A stretch of 64,000 nt of DNA from an uncultured Acidobacteriota bacterium (GCA_963836075.1 CAWIIB010000009.1:224001-288000), one strand, 5' to 3'. Shown: positions 9,814 to 22,229, counted from the stretch's first letter. Notes: generated by a model not told the origin, from the sequence alone. Numbers and translations: made by a program.

Positions 9814-12800
9814 TCAGTTCCGCAGCCCACCCACCTTGACCCCGTGGGTCACTTCGGTGGTGCTGTAGGCATTGAAGTCGACACCGCCCAGGGCGGTGAG
9901 CGTCTGGCCGTCGTAGTTCCAGCCGCGCACCCGGGGTGCGTGGGTCTCGCCCGGACCGGGCCCGGTGATGATCTCGTCGATACCGTCCCCGTCCAGGTCG
10001 CCGCAGGAGACATTGGCCCCCCACTGGGTGTAGTCGTAGGCGAAGAAGCTCACCGCCGGGATCGACTGGGCCGAACCCGTCCCGTCCCAGTTGAAGGCCC
10101 GCACGTGGGGGCCGAACACCGCACCCGGACCGGCCCCGGTGACAATCTCGTCGATGCCGTCACCGTCGATGTCGCCGCAGGCAACGTTCACCCCAAACTT
10201 CAGTGTGCCATAGGCGAAGAAGGAGACCCCGGGGATGGACGAGGCGCCCCCGCCGTCACAGTTCCAGCCCCTCACGTGGGGGCCGTACACCGCGCCAGGA
10301 CCGGCGCCGGTGACGATCTCGTCGTAGCCGTCACCATCGATGTCGCCGCAGCTGACGTTGACCCCCCACTTGGGGGTGCCGTAGGCGAAGTAGGAGATGC
10401 CGGGGATCGACGTGGGAGTGCCGGCCCCGTCCCAGTTCCAGCCCCGCACGTGGGGCCCGAACACAGCGCCGGGACCGGCACCGGTGACGATCTCATCGTA
10501 GCCATCGCCATCCAGGTCGCCGCAGCCGACGTTGACCCCGTACTTGTTGGTGCCGTAGGCCAGAAACGAGACCCCGGGCAGCGGCGTGCCGTCGTCCTGG
10601 AACCCCCGCACGTGGGGGCCGAACACCGCACCGGGGCCGGCACCGGTGAGCACCTCCGGCCCGGCCGCACCGTCCAGCTCGCCCAGGGCCACGTTGACCC
10701 CCCAGCGGTCCACGCCGTAGGCGTGCCACTCGGTGTAGCTCCGGCCGGCGGCCACGCCGTACACCCGCACCAGGGTGGGGTTGAACTCGCCCGGGCCGGG
10801 CCCCGTGACCACGCAGGCCGGTGGGCACGAAGTCAGCAGCGTTGTTGTGCAGGATCATCAGGTCGACCCAGTAGAGCAGTGTCACCTCGGGGGCCTGGTC
10901 CCGGTCCATGTCGGCCGCCGCCAGGAAACCGTTGGCGCTGCCGGTGGTGAATGAACGGGGAGGCCCGAACCCGCCGCTCCCGTCATTGAGCAGCACCGCC
11001 AGATCTTCAGTTTCCAGCGCCAGGGACAGCAGGTCCGGAGCGCCGTCGAGATCCATGTCCGCCGAGGTGAACCGGTAGCCCGCCTCCTGGCCGGTCTCAT
11101 GGGTGACGGCAGCGGAAAAGGTGCCGTCCCCATTGTTGAGCAGCACCGAACAGACTCCCGCGTTGAAACTGGAGGTGGCCAGGTCGAGGTCACCGTCACC
11201 ATCGAAATCGTCCGAGGGAAACCCCCACCGGATCGATGCAGTCGTACCGCTGGGGCGCGGCAAAACTGCCGTCACCGTTGTTCCTCACCACCACCAGGTT
11301 GCCGCCCACCGACTCCTCCTCGTCCATCGCCGCGTCCAGGTCGCCGTCATCGTCCACGTCACCGAGGACGATGGCCGTGGCCCGGTGGGTGGCGGTGTAG
11401 TACGTGGTGGCGCCGAGAGAACCAGTCGCCGTTGTTGAGCAGGATGCCAAGCTGGGTGGAGCCGCTGCGGCAGATCACCGCTGCGTCGAGGTCGCCGTCG
11501 CCGTCCAGGTCGCCGATGGCCGCGGCCTCCGGGTTGAAGCCCACCTGGTAGTTGACCGGGGGAAGCAGCCCGCCGCTGCCGTCATTCATCATGATCGAAA
11601 TGGTGCGATCGTCGTCATCGATGAGCAGGACATCGCTGATGCCGTCACCACTCAGGTCACCGGTGGTCATACCCGCCGGGTAGATGTCGGGCTGGTAGTC
11701 CACCGGCTCGGAGAAACCGCCGGGATATTCGTTGAACAGGACCTTCAGCAGCGGGGGGTCGGGTACGTTGTCAAAGCCGACCACCAGATCATTGTCGCCG
11801 TCGCCGTCGAGATCGTCCACGGCCACCCGGTACAGATACGTCACATCAAAGGACAGTTCCTCGTGGCTGCGAAACGTGCCGTCACCGCGGCCCAGCAACA
11901 CCGCCGCATGCTGCTCCCCGGGAGGGCAGAGCATCACCGCATCGAGGTGGCCGTCACCGTCCAGGTCATCGAGGCTGATTTTTTCCCCCGGTTGAAACAG
12001 TATTCCGGTTCCCCGAATGTGTCGTCCCCGTTATTCAGTGTCACGGTTACTCTGAAATAGTTGTAGACATCATTTGCGTTGGCGACGATATCCAGGTCAC
12101 CGTCACCGTCCAGGTCACCCAGGTCCCAATCGTCCGGGTTGTTGCCAATATCGATCAGACGCTCCATGCGGAACGTCCCGTCACCGAATCCCCTCAGGTA
12201 TGAAAGCCGTTCAGCCGAGGAGAACCCGCCGGCCACAAAGTCGAGATTGTCATCGCCGTTCAGATCGGCCGTGGCCATGATAATCCGGTAGTCCCAGTCG
12301 GAGATGCTGCTTGTCGGCCCCTGGGCGAACGATCCGCTTCCATTGTTGAACAACACCGTGTAATGCTCGCCGGGGAAATCATCGTTGACGCTCACCAGGT
12401 CGAGGTCACCGTCCTCGTCGAAATCACCGCTGGTGAGCCCGTCCACCGTCCAGCCGAGCGAACTGAGCGAACCCAGCGTAAAAGTACCATCCCCCTGGCC
12501 GGTATACAGTTCCACGGTCTGCAATACGGGCACGGCCACATCGTTGACACCGTCACCGGTGAACTCGCCGATCACCAGGCTGCCGTAAATACCGGTGGGT
12601 GTCTGGCCGGCCTCGGTGAATGTGCCGTCGCCATTGCCCAGCAGTGCGGTGAAATGAAAATCCGGGTAGTTGCCGCCGCTGATCACGTCGGGATACGCAT
12701 CATCATCCACCATGGCCACATGCAGGTGGTAGGCTGAATGGAAAGAAAGCAAGGTGACCGCCGGCTCGGAAAAAGTTCCGTCACCAACGCCGAGGCGAAC

Positions 12801-13046
12801 CACAACACCATCCACCGCACCACCCTCATAGTTCCGAGCCAGGCCCACCAGGTCGGAGATGCCGTCGAGGTCGACATCCGCCGTCCGGATATCAATCAGT
12901 TCGTTCCCTCCGAGATAGAACTGCCGGGCCGTATCGAAGAGATACTCGGCAGAGCAGGGAACCGAAATCAGGTGGATCAGAGCGAGAAAAATGGCTGGGA
13001 TCAGCAGAACAGGAATCGGGCAACGGCTCATTCGCATGGCATTCAA
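9814..13046 (-). CDS. Secreted FG-GAP/VCBS repeat protein with CTD-B, paralog 1 (split by about four frameshifts)
   Basis: ORFs 11934..13046, 11359..11937, 11196..11450, 10493..11275 and 9814..10812 concatenate colinearly with the intact neighbours 13074..16280 and 16320..19490. Confidence 0.8.
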
Positions 13047-13073
13047 CTCCGGTGTAGTGAAATCAGCACTATC

Positions 13074-16000
13074 CTAGTTTCGCAGCCCACCCACCTTGAC
13101 CCCGTGGCTCACCTCGGTGGAGCCGTAAGCATAAAAGTCCACACCATCAAGGGCGGTGAGCGTCTGGCCGTCGTAGTTCCAGCCCCGCACCCGGGGGAGG
13201 TGGGACTCGCCCGGCCCGGCCCCGGTGATGATCTCGTCGATGCCGTCATCGTCCAGGTCGCCGCAGGAGACGTTGGCTCCCCACTGGGTGTAGCTGTAGG
13301 CAAAGAAGCTCACCGCCGGGATCGACTGGGCCGAGCCGGTCCCGTCCCAGTTGAAAGCCCTGACGTGGGGGCCGAATACCGCACCCGGCCCGGCACCGGT
13401 GACCATCTCGTCGATGCCGTCACCGTCGATGTCGCCGCAGGCAACGTTGACCCCGAACTTGAGAGTGCCGTAGGCGAAGAAGGAGACCCCGGGGATGGAC
13501 GAGGCGCCCCCGCCGTCGCAGTTCCAGCCCCGGACGTGGGGGCCGTACACCGCGCCCGGTCCGGCGCCGGTGACGATCTCGTCGTAACCGTCGCCGTCGA
13601 TGTCGCCGCAGCTGACGTTGACGCCCCACTTGGGCGTGCCGTAGGCGAAGTAGGAAATCCCGGGGATCGGTGCGGGCACACCCGACCCGTCCCAGTTCCA
13701 GCCCCGCACATGGGGGCCGAACACTGCGCCGGGGCCGGCGCCGGTGACGATCTCGTCAAAGCCGTCGTTGTCCAGGTCACCGGCACAAACGTTGACCCCG
13801 TACTTCAGGGTGCCGTAGGCGAAGAATGAAACCCCGGGCAACGGGGTGCCATCGTGCTGGAACCCCCGCACGTGGGGGCCGAAGACCGGCCCGGGACCGG
13901 CCCCGGTGAGCACCTCGGGCTCGGGCGTGCCGTCCAGCTCGGCCAGGGCCACGTTGACCCCCCAGCGGTCCACGCCATAGGCCGACCACTCGGTGTAGCT
14001 GCGGCCGCCGTCACCGGGGAAGTATCGCACCAGGGTGGGGTTGAACTCACCCGGCCCCGGACCGGTGACCAGCAGGCCGGAGGAAGATAAATCGGCAGCG
14101 TTGTTGTTGATGATATAGACTCGGGAGCCTCCAGTAACGATCGCCTCCGGAGCCTGATCCCCGTCCATATCTGCCACGGCCATATCGAACAGGGTACGGC
14201 CGGTGGTCCAGAGAAGCGGAGCACCGAAGCTCCCGTCACCTTCACCGGGAAGGACCATCAGATCATTGGTCGAGTAACTCAGGGCCAGCAGATCGGTATG
14301 ACCATCCATCGTTATATCCGCCGAAGAGAATCGCATGAGATATTCTTGATTTGACCCATAGGTCTCAGCCGTTCCGAACGTACCATCCCCGTTGTTCAGC
14401 AGGATCGAGCAATACCCACCCGAGAAGCTCCCGGTCGCAATGTCGAGGTCGCCATCATGGTCATGGTCATCCAGCGCCACACCGTAGGGATCGCTGGCAT
14501 CGTATCGCTGGGGCGCTGAAAAGCTGCCGTTGCCGTTATTCTTCAGCACCAGCATGTTGCCGCCATAGCCCTCGGGTTCATGTACCACTACGTCGAGGTC
14601 GCCGTCACTATCAAGATCTCCCAACGCTACATCGCTGGTCCAGTTTGTGGTTGTGAAGTATTGAGGCACGCCGAATGTTCCGTCACCATTGTTGAACAGT
14701 ATGCCCAGATTGTCCGTGCTCTGGTGGGCCACCGCAATGTCGGTATCGCCGTCTCCGTCCAGGTCGCCCAGAGCCGCAGCCACCGGCTCGTCTCCCACAC
14801 CGTAGTTCTCTGGCGAAAGCAGTGCACCGTCACCGGCATTGAGCATGATGGAGACCGAATCTCCTTCATAATCGATGATCAGGAGGTCACTGATTCCATC
14901 TCCACTCATATCGCCGGAGACGAAACGATAGGGGCTGACATCGGGCTCGAAGCTCAGCGGCTCCGAGAAGCCTCCCGGAAATTCATTGATGAAGACCTGG
15001 ATCAGTTCGGGACCGCCACCGGTATAGTATCCGACCACGAGATCGGCCAGGCCATCGCCGTTCATGTCCTCAACTGCGCACGGATAAGCCGGGTGGTCTT
15101 CGTGCGTCTCAACGCGCTGAGGACCACGAAAAGTGCCATCCCCCGCACCAGGGACGATTGCCACCTGCTCGTCAACATAGGAAGGGAGGAGCATCGCATC
15201 GGGATAGCCGTCACCATCCATGTCCTGGACAACGATCTGTGCGCCGTAAACGTTCCCGTCTTCGGGTTCTCCGAACGCACCGCTGCCGTCGTTGCGGTAG
15301 ACGTATATTCCCCAGCCGCCCACGAGATCGAGGTCGCCGTCCTCGTCGATATCGAAAAGACACCAGTCAGCGGGAGCCTCGCCGGGCAGTAAGAATGTCT
15401 CTTCGTCGACCGTGCCGTCACCGTTCCCCGCGAAAAAAGGAAGATCCCAGGTCGGGGCCAGCACGTCCAGATGGCCATCCCCGTTGACGTCGTCCACCAG
15501 CAGGTCCTCGGAGTAATGGTCGTCGGAGAGGGAGTGTCCCGTGCCGGGAGTGAAACCACCGCTGCCATTGTTGAGCAGGATCGAGAGATCCATATGGTAG
15601 GGCCCGATATAGTGGGTGTTCACCAGGTCGAGGTCCCCGTCCTCATCGAAGTCGCCACCGGCCACCACATGGACCTCATGCCCCAGGGCAGTTGCTGCGC
15701 CCAGGGAGAATGTGCCATCCCCCTGGCCGATGTAGAGACGCACGGAGTTGCCCTCGGTGGCGGCGATGTCGGTGGTGCCGTCGCCGGTGAAGTCGCCCGG
15801 CTCAGTGGACAGGAATTCATGACTGCTGGTGTAGGTCGCCCCCTGCGAAAAGGTGCCGTCGCCGTCCCCGATCAGCGACCTCAACTGGTGAACGTCGAAA
15901 TCCGGTTCGGTGCCGTCCAGGACCACGTCCGGATATGAATCGTCATCCAGACGCGTGACGTGCATTCTCGAATAGCCGGATCTGCTGCCCAACCCGGTGG

Positions 16001-16280
16001 CCACCGGCTCCGCGAACTCGCCGTTGCCGGTTCCAAGCCTGACCACCACGGCATCTTCTGTCTCCTGGTACCAGGAGACGAGACCCACCATATCGGCAAT
16101 CCCGTCATTGTTGACATCGTCCGTGCTGATCTCGAGCACTTCCATGCCATCCCCGAAATTGAACTGCCGTGCGGTGTCGAGGAGATACTCCGCGGCGCAG
16201 GGAACCGAAAAAATGTGGAATCCGGTCAGGAGGATGACCGGGATCAGTAAAGTTGGAATCCGGCAGCGGCTCATACGCAT
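13074..16280 (-). CDS. Secreted FG-GAP/VCBS repeat protein with CTD-B, paralog 2
   Basis: Signal peptide, many D.DGDG.LD...N.GDGTF repeats, C-terminal six-repeat GPHVRG module. Confidence 0.9.
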   Translation of the reverse strand: MRMSRCRIPTLLIPVILLTGFHIFSVPCAAEYLLDTARQFNFGDGMEVLEISTDDVNNDGIADMVGLVSWYQETEDAVVVRLGTGNGEFAEPVATGLGSRSGYSRMHVTRLDDDSYPDVVLDGTEPDFDVHQLRSLIGDGDGTFSQGATYTSSHEFLSTEPGDFTGDGTTDIAATEGNSVRLYIGQGDGTFSLGAATALGHEVHVVAGGDFDEDGDLDLVNTHYIGPYHMDLSILLNNGSGGFTPGTGHSLSDDHYSEDLLVDDVNGDGHLDVLAPTWDLPFFAGNGDGTVDEETFLLPGEAPADWCLFDIDEDGDLDLVGGWGIYVYRNDGSGAFGEPEDGNVYGAQIVVQDMDGDGYPDAMLLPSYVDEQVAIVPGAGDGTFRGPQRVETHEDHPAYPCAVEDMNGDGLADLVVGYYTGGGPELIQVFINEFPGGFSEPLSFEPDVSPYRFVSGDMSGDGISDLLIIDYEGDSVSIMLNAGDGALLSPENYGVGDEPVAAALGDLDGDGDTDIAVAHQSTDNLGILFNNGDGTFGVPQYFTTTNWTSDVALGDLDSDGDLDVVVHEPEGYGGNMLVLKNNGNGSFSAPQRYDASDPYGVALDDHDHDGDLDIATGSFSGGYCSILLNNGDGTFGTAETYGSNQEYLMRFSSADITMDGHTDLLALSYSTNDLMVLPGEGDGSFGAPLLWTTGRTLFDMAVADMDGDQAPEAIVTGGSRVYIINNNAADLSSSGLLVTGPGPGEFNPTLVRYFPGDGGRSYTEWSAYGVDRWGVNVALAELDGTPEPEVLTGAGPGPVFGPHVRGFQHDGTPLPGVSFFAYGTLKYGVNVCAGDLDNDGFDEIVTGAGPGAVFGPHVRGWNWDGSGVPAPIPGISYFAYGTPKWGVNVSCGDIDGDGYDEIVTGAGPGAVYGPHVRGWNCDGGGASSIPGVSFFAYGTLKFGVNVACGDIDGDGIDEMVTGAGPGAVFGPHVRAFNWDGTGSAQSIPAVSFFAYSYTQWGANVSCGDLDDDGIDEIITGAGPGESHLPRVRGWNYDGQTLTALDGVDFYAYGSTEVSHGVKVGGLRN

Positions 16281-16319
16281 AGTTCGTGCCCTCGTTGTTT
16301 AAACCCGGATAAAACCCTA

Positions 16320-19300
16320 TCAGTATCTCAGCCCACCCACCTTGACCCCGTGGGTCACTGTCGACGTGTCGTAAGCGTAGAAGTTGACACCACCCAGGGC
16401 GGTGAGCGCCAGGCCGTCGTAGTTCCACCCCCGCACCCGGGGCGGGTTATACCACGCGGGACCGGGACCGGTGATGATCTCGTCGATGCCGTCATTGTCC
16501 AGGTCGCCGCAGGAGACGTTGACCCCCTGCTGGCCGAAATCGTACGCAAAGAAGTTTACCGCCGGGATCGACTGAACCGCTCCGGACCCGTCCCAGTTCC
16601 AGGCCCGCACGTGGGGACCGAACACCGCACCCGGCCCGGCGCCGGTGACCATCTCGTCAATGCCGTCACCGTCGATGTCGCCGCAGCTGACGTTGACCCC
16701 GTACTTCAGAGTGCCGTAGGCGAAGAAGGAGACACCGGGGATGGACGAGGCGCCCCCGCCGTCGCAGTTCCAGCCCCGGACGTGGGGACCATACACCGCA
16801 CCCGGGCCCGCCCCGGTGACGATCTCGTCGAAGCCGTCGCCGTCGATGTCACCACAGCTGACATTGACCCCCCACTTGGGTGTGCCATAGGCAAAGTAGG
16901 AGATGCCGGGGATCGGCGTGGGAGTTCCCGACCCGTCCCAGTTCCAGGCCCGCACGTGGGGGCCGAAGACCGCGCCGGGTCCGGCGCCGGTGACGATCTC
17001 GTCAAAGCCGTCGTTGTCCAGGTCGCCGGTGCAGACGTTGACCCCGTACTTGTTGGTTCCGTAAGCCAGGAACGAGACCCCGGGCAGGGGCGTACCGTCG
17101 TGCTGGAACCCGCGGACGTGGGGACCGAAGACCGGCCCGGGCCCGGCGCCGGTGAGCACCTCGGGCTCGGGCGTACCGTCCAGCTCGCCCAGGGCCACGT
17201 TGACCCCCCAGCGGTCGATTCCATAGGCCGGCCACTCGGTGTAGGCCCTGCCCATGTTAAAGGGGAACAGACGCACCAGCGGAGGGTTCTCCTCACCGGC
17301 GCCGGGCCCGGTGACCAGCAGCCCGGTGGCCACAAGATCCACGGCGTTGTTGTTGATCAGGTGTATGCCGGGGTACACGGCCGCCAGAACGACTTCCTGA
17401 TCCCCGTCGCCGTCCACATCGCCAAAGGACCACATACTTATCGAGTCGCCGGTGGAAAAGCTTCCATGCAAGGTGAAGGAGCCATCCCCGTTGCCCAGAA
17501 CCAGCACCAGGTCGAGGCCGAGGTCATCGAGGAGCAGCAGGTCGGGGGCACCATCCAGATTGATGTCCGCTGAGGTGACGTTCTTGCTCCATCGGTGGCC
17601 CGAGTGGTAGGCAGCGGCACTGCCAAACGTGCCGCTCCCGCTGTTGAGCAGAACCGAGACGATGCCGCTGGAAATGCTTCCCGTGGCCAGGTCAACATCG
17701 CCGTCGCCATCGAAGTCGGCAGCAGCGATGCCCGACGGATCGGTGGCGTCATAGAGTTGGGGCGGAGAGAAACTTCCGTCACCGTTGTTTCTCAGCACCA
17801 CCACGTTCCCGCCTTCCGATTCCGGTTGATCCATGGCCGCATCGAGGTCGCTGTCGCCGTCCAGATCAATCAGAATGATATCGGTGGCCCGCCGGGTGGC
17901 CTCGTGGAATACCGGTGCAGCAAGCGTCCCGTCACCATCGTTGAGCATGATGCCCAGTTGATTTTCAGTCCGGTAGGCCACGGCCGCATCGAGGTCGCCG
18001 TCACCGTCAAGATCGCCCAGGGCAACGGCATTTTGATTGAACACCGTATCGTAGATCTGGCCGGTGGGAAACGTACCATCACCGGCATTGAGCAGGACTT
18101 CCAGACTGTGATTGTTTCCGTCGCGGACCAGAATATCGGTGAAACCGTCGCTGTCCAGGTCACCGGTGGTCAATCCCGTGGGGATCACGCCTGCATCGAA
18201 GCCCGCTGGTTCGGAGAACCCGCCCGGGTCCTGGTTGAGAAGAACCTGGATCGATTGGGGAGCAGACACGCCCGCAGCCACATCCGGATCACCGTCACCA
18301 TCCAGATCGTCCATGGCCAGGCTGAGTTTGTCCCATTCCAGGTGGAGCAATTTTTCACAGTGGAAAGTGCCGTCCGGCCGTCCCAGCAGAACACAGGCAT
18401 ACTCCGAGGGGGAGATCATCAGGGCGTCAAGCACGTCGTCGCCATCCATGTCGGCCAGGGCCACGGAATATCCCCACCCGAAACAGCGCCGTGGCTCATC
18501 GAAAGTCCCGTCGCCATTGTTGAGCAGGACTTCATGTCCTCCATGGGCAACCAGGAGATCGAGGTCGCCGTCGGCATCGAGGTCGCCAACCTGCCACCCC
18601 CCGATGGGAGTGACCAGCAAGCTGGACGCGCCGAAGCTGCCTTCACCGTTGCCGAAGCAGAGATAGAGCCTCCCCTGCTCCCCCCGGTAGAGGAGATCGA
18701 GTTGCCCGTCGCCATCCATGTCGTGCAGCCCCATGGATCCGGCGATCTCCACCAGGGGGTAGGGCCGGATGGAGACGAACGTGCCGCTGCCGTCATTGTG
18801 CAGGACGAATGACCGTTCAGCCGCCACACCCTGCTCGCTTCCCACCACCAGGTCGAGATCTCCGTCCCCGTCAAGATCGCCGGAAGCGGCGCAGTTGATT
18901 GAGTGGAGCAGCGCGGTGGACTGGCCCTGGTCAAGGGTGCCGTCCCCCTGCCCGACCAGCAGCCGCACCGACTGGGGCTGGCTGATGATGACATCCACCA
19001 CGCCATCCCCGGTGAAGTCGGCAGGCTCGATGACCCGGTCCGTGCCGGGCTCAAAAACATCTCCGGCGGAAAAACGGCCGTCGCCGATGCCGAGGAATAT
19101 CTTGAGCGCCGTGGTGCTGCCGGTTTTCGAGAGCAGCAGGTCCGGGTAAGGATCATCATTGAGCAGGGCGAAGCGGAAATCCCCGTTCAGCTCACCGACC
19201 AGAGTGATGACCGGTTCAGCGAACTCGCCCTCACCCGTTCCCAGGCGGGTTACAATGGCATCGGTTGCATCTTCATACCGTTCGCAGAGGCCCACCATAT

Positions 19301-19490
19301 CCTCGATCCCGTCAGCGTTCAGATCCGCCGTGTCCAGGTCGTCCGCCCGCTCCCCGCCCAGATGGAAATGTCGGGCCGTGTCGAAAAGATATTCGGCGCT
19401 ACAGGGAACCGGGAGGAGGTGGAGTCCGGCGAGGAAGAGGACCACCAGGAGAGGCCATATTCCGCGACCATGAAGGAGTATCATCACCAA
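16320..19490 (-). CDS. Secreted FG-GAP/VCBS repeat protein with CTD-B, paralog 3
   Basis: Same architecture; shares the mature N-terminus PCSAEYLFDTAR with paralogs 1 and 2. Confidence 0.9.
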   Translation of the reverse strand: MVMILLHGRGIWPLLVVLFLAGLHLLPVPCSAEYLFDTARHFHLGGERADDLDTADLNADGIEDMVGLCERYEDATDAIVTRLGTGEGEFAEPVITLVGELNGDFRFALLNDDPYPDLLLSKTGSTTALKIFLGIGDGRFSAGDVFEPGTDRVIEPADFTGDGVVDVIISQPQSVRLLVGQGDGTLDQGQSTALLHSINCAASGDLDGDGDLDLVVGSEQGVAAERSFVLHNDGSGTFVSIRPYPLVEIAGSMGLHDMDGDGQLDLLYRGEQGRLYLCFGNGEGSFGASSLLVTPIGGWQVGDLDADGDLDLLVAHGGHEVLLNNGDGTFDEPRRCFGWGYSVALADMDGDDVLDALMISPSEYACVLLGRPDGTFHCEKLLHLEWDKLSLAMDDLDGDGDPDVAAGVSAPQSIQVLLNQDPGGFSEPAGFDAGVIPTGLTTGDLDSDGFTDILVRDGNNHSLEVLLNAGDGTFPTGQIYDTVFNQNAVALGDLDGDGDLDAAVAYRTENQLGIMLNDGDGTLAAPVFHEATRRATDIILIDLDGDSDLDAAMDQPESEGGNVVVLRNNGDGSFSPPQLYDATDPSGIAAADFDGDGDVDLATGSISSGIVSVLLNSGSGTFGSAAAYHSGHRWSKNVTSADINLDGAPDLLLLDDLGLDLVLVLGNGDGSFTLHGSFSTGDSISMWSFGDVDGDGDQEVVLAAVYPGIHLINNNAVDLVATGLLVTGPGAGEENPPLVRLFPFNMGRAYTEWPAYGIDRWGVNVALGELDGTPEPEVLTGAGPGPVFGPHVRGFQHDGTPLPGVSFLAYGTNKYGVNVCTGDLDNDGFDEIVTGAGPGAVFGPHVRAWNWDGSGTPTPIPGISYFAYGTPKWGVNVSCGDIDGDGFDEIVTGAGPGAVYGPHVRGWNCDGGGASSIPGVSFFAYGTLKYGVNVSCGDIDGDGIDEMVTGAGPGAVFGPHVRAWNWDGSGAVQSIPAVNFFAYDFGQQGVNVSCGDLDNDGIDEIITGPGPAWYNPPRVRGWNYDGLALTALGGVNFYAYDTSTVTHGVKVGGLRY

Positions 19491-19611
19491 CCCCTTTATA
19501 TATCAGTCAGATAGAAATGATTGGAAATAAAACCGACCCATTTCGGCCCCGATGACGTGGCCGATTTTGTTCATAATAAACAGGATACCGCAACCGGGCA
19601 AGTGACGGGCA

Positions 19612-19641
19612 GAAAAAAGGCCCGGGAAAAACTCCCGGGCC
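19612..19641 (-). terminator. Intrinsic terminator after the S1 protease gene
   Basis: ggcccggga-aaaac-tcccgggcc stem preceded on + by an A-run (a U-tract on the minus transcript). Confidence 0.7.
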
Positions 19642-19677
19642 GTGTTGGTTATCTTCAGTTGTCAGCCAGCGGCATCA

Positions 19678-22229
19678 TCAGGGGGATGTCGCCACCACCG
19701 TGCAGGCGTCGCTGTCGGTGTCGCCCGACGGTGCAAACGGCGGCTGGTTGTAGGGAGCAGGGGTCACATCCTCACCGATGATGGTGAAGACGTTGCTGCC
19801 CACCAGCGAGCCGAGGGCCGGCAGGCCCTGGTTCCAGAAGGTGCTGAACACCTCGCCGGAGCTGAGGTTGGTCCAGCCGGCCCGCCAGTTGGTGTACGGG
19901 GTGCCGTTGCCGATGACCACGTCGATCCGGCCGGCGGCCCGGCGGTTCTCTGTAGTCAGGTTGGCCAGCGATACCGCCATCTGGGTGGTGAAGGGCAGCA
20001 CGCCGCTGGCCGGGGTGCAGCCGATGGTGGTGGCCACCGTGTCGGTGGGAGTCACCGTGCCGCCGAGACCCCAGATCTCAACGTCGTCGATGTTCCAGCC
20101 GGAGAAGAGCCAGCTGGAATCGGTGGTGCCCATGGTCCAGCGCAGGTAGACGGTGGACTGTCCGTCGGCCACGGCGGAGATGTCGTATTCCACCTGGCTC
20201 CAGGAGGAATCGGTGATCTCTTCACCGTTCTCCCAGACCGTGGTCCAGGTGGAGCCGTTGTTGCTCACCCGCACGTAGGCATGGTCATAGGACGGCTGCT
20301 CCACGTTGAGGTAGCGCCAGAACTTCACCGAGACCGAGCTCAGCGACGAGCAGTCGATGGCGGTGCTGGTGAGGTGCGTCTCCGACATGCTGTTGGTGTA
20401 GTCGCCGGAGAGGTTGTAGCCGTACACGCTCGGGCCGGTGTAGCCGCTGGTGGGATCGGGGTTGCCGTACTCGCCGCCGCCGCCGGTGGGGGTCCCGTGG
20501 GCCCAGAGGCCCTGGGTGGTCCAGCCGGGGTTGCTGCTCAGGTCGTAACTGTAGATCAGGCCCGGCACTCCGACCTGCAGGCTCACCGCCCGGGTGGTGT
20601 CACCCTCGCCAGTGGTGTTGTTGGTGAAGGTGACCGTGTCGCTGTATCCGCCGTCAGCCAGGGAGCCGGCCCCGGAGTTGATCGAGACGGTGACCGTGGT
20701 GCTGCCGCCGCCGGGGATCGAGCCGCCGCCGGTGGAGAGGGTGACCCAGGAAGCAGTCTTGGTCGCGGTGAAATTGATGCTGCCGGCGTTGTTGTTCTCC
20801 ACGGTGTAGACCATGCTCGAGGGGGTGAACGGTCCGCCGCTCTGGCCTTCGGAATCAAGACCGCCGGCCGGGGTGACCCGCATGCCGGACGAGCCGGGGA
20901 TCAGGGTGTCGAGGGTGGTGGCGCCGCTGCCGATGGGGTCGAGCCAGTTGCTCAGGCGGGTGGAGTTGCTGCCGCCGCCGGTCCAGGAAGTGTAGAGCCG
21001 GCCGTACCAGTCGGCGGTCTGGCTGGTGCAGGAGGCGTAGCCGCCATGCAGCTGGCCAATGATGCGGTGGTTCGGGTCGTAGAGCGGCGAGCCGGAGGAA
21101 CCGGGCTCGGTGGTCCCGTCATCCCAGTCGGTGACCTTGATGTGGGTCGAGTTACCGGGCACGCTGTCGCCCAGGTAGCTGGTGATCGAGGTGGGATCGT
21201 TCTCGAAGCTGATCGCCTTCTCGTCGGTGCCCGGATGGTGGATCGCCACGGCGCTGGAGGTGGCGCTGTTGACACGGCTCCAGCCGGAGTAGGTCACGCC
21301 GAAGTCCGGGTCGGGCATCTCTTCCATTTCCACCAGACAGAAGTCGGAGGAGCTGTAGTCGGCACGGAAGATCACGCCGCTGTTGAAATCGCTCAGCGAT
21401 CCGCCGCTGAGGTCGCCGCAGTTGGGGCTCTCGTAAGTTCCAGTAGACCACCACCGACTGGTCGTTGCCGGTGGAGATCCCGCAATGGTAGGCGGTGAGG
21501 AAGTAAGGTGTCTCGTCCTCGGCGGTATTGTTGATCATCGCTCCCGGAGCAGTACCAGGTGCCGTTGATGGTGTAGACACCCGACGAGGGGATCTCGTCC
21601 CGCCAGTCGTCGCCTTCGGGGCAGATCACGTCGTTGTTGCAGCTTCCCTGCAGGATATCGAGGGTTTCGCCAAAGTAGCGGTAGCCGATGTTGACGGAAC
21701 CCAGCTCCAGTTCCAACCGGTCGAGGTATTTCTCGGGGACCGTCACTTCGATGATGATGTTGTCGCCCAGCACCACCGGGGTCCAGAGCTCGTTGGCCTG
21801 GTTGTTGTCGGCCGCGGTGAAGTCGCGGGAAACCACGTAGCTCTCATCAGCGGAGTAGAGCAGCAGCGAGCCGCCCTCGGGCATAACGTAGCGGGTGAAA
21901 CCGAGGTTGAGGGAGAGCGCGCCCAGCGACTCCACCCGCAGCCGCCAGAGCTTCATCCCCTCACCCAGGTCTTCCCAGGTGCCGTGGGTCGCCGGTGAAA
22001 CCTTGACTTCCTTGGGCACGGCGAACCGGGCCGGTTCTCCCATGGCTTCACGCTCCTCATCCTCCCAGGCCAGCAGCTCGATGTTCAGCGACGGAAACAC
22101 CACCGCATCAACAGACTCCAGATCCAGCACCGGGTGATTCGAGGTGACCGGAACGGCGGCCGCAGTGGGCAGGGCCAGCAGAGTCAAAAACGCACACAGA
22201 AATGTCCAGGAAATCAGCTTCACGCGCAT
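19678..22229 (-). CDS. Secreted lysyl-endopeptidase-like S1 serine protease with BACON-like, MAM-like and CTD-A domains (frameshifts near 21545 and 21430)
   Basis: Propeptide (WRLRVESLGALSLNLGF), YFLTAYHC, DFCLVE, IHHPG, TTEPGSSGSPL and IIGQLHGG, spread over ORFs 21393..22244, 21152..21580 and 19678..21375; SD GGAGGAG. Confidence 0.85.

Noticed and set aside
9814-19490. Diversity-generating retroelement template/variable repeat pair
   Set aside because: No reverse transcriptase is present, all copies are coding, and I saw no adenine-specific mismatch pattern.
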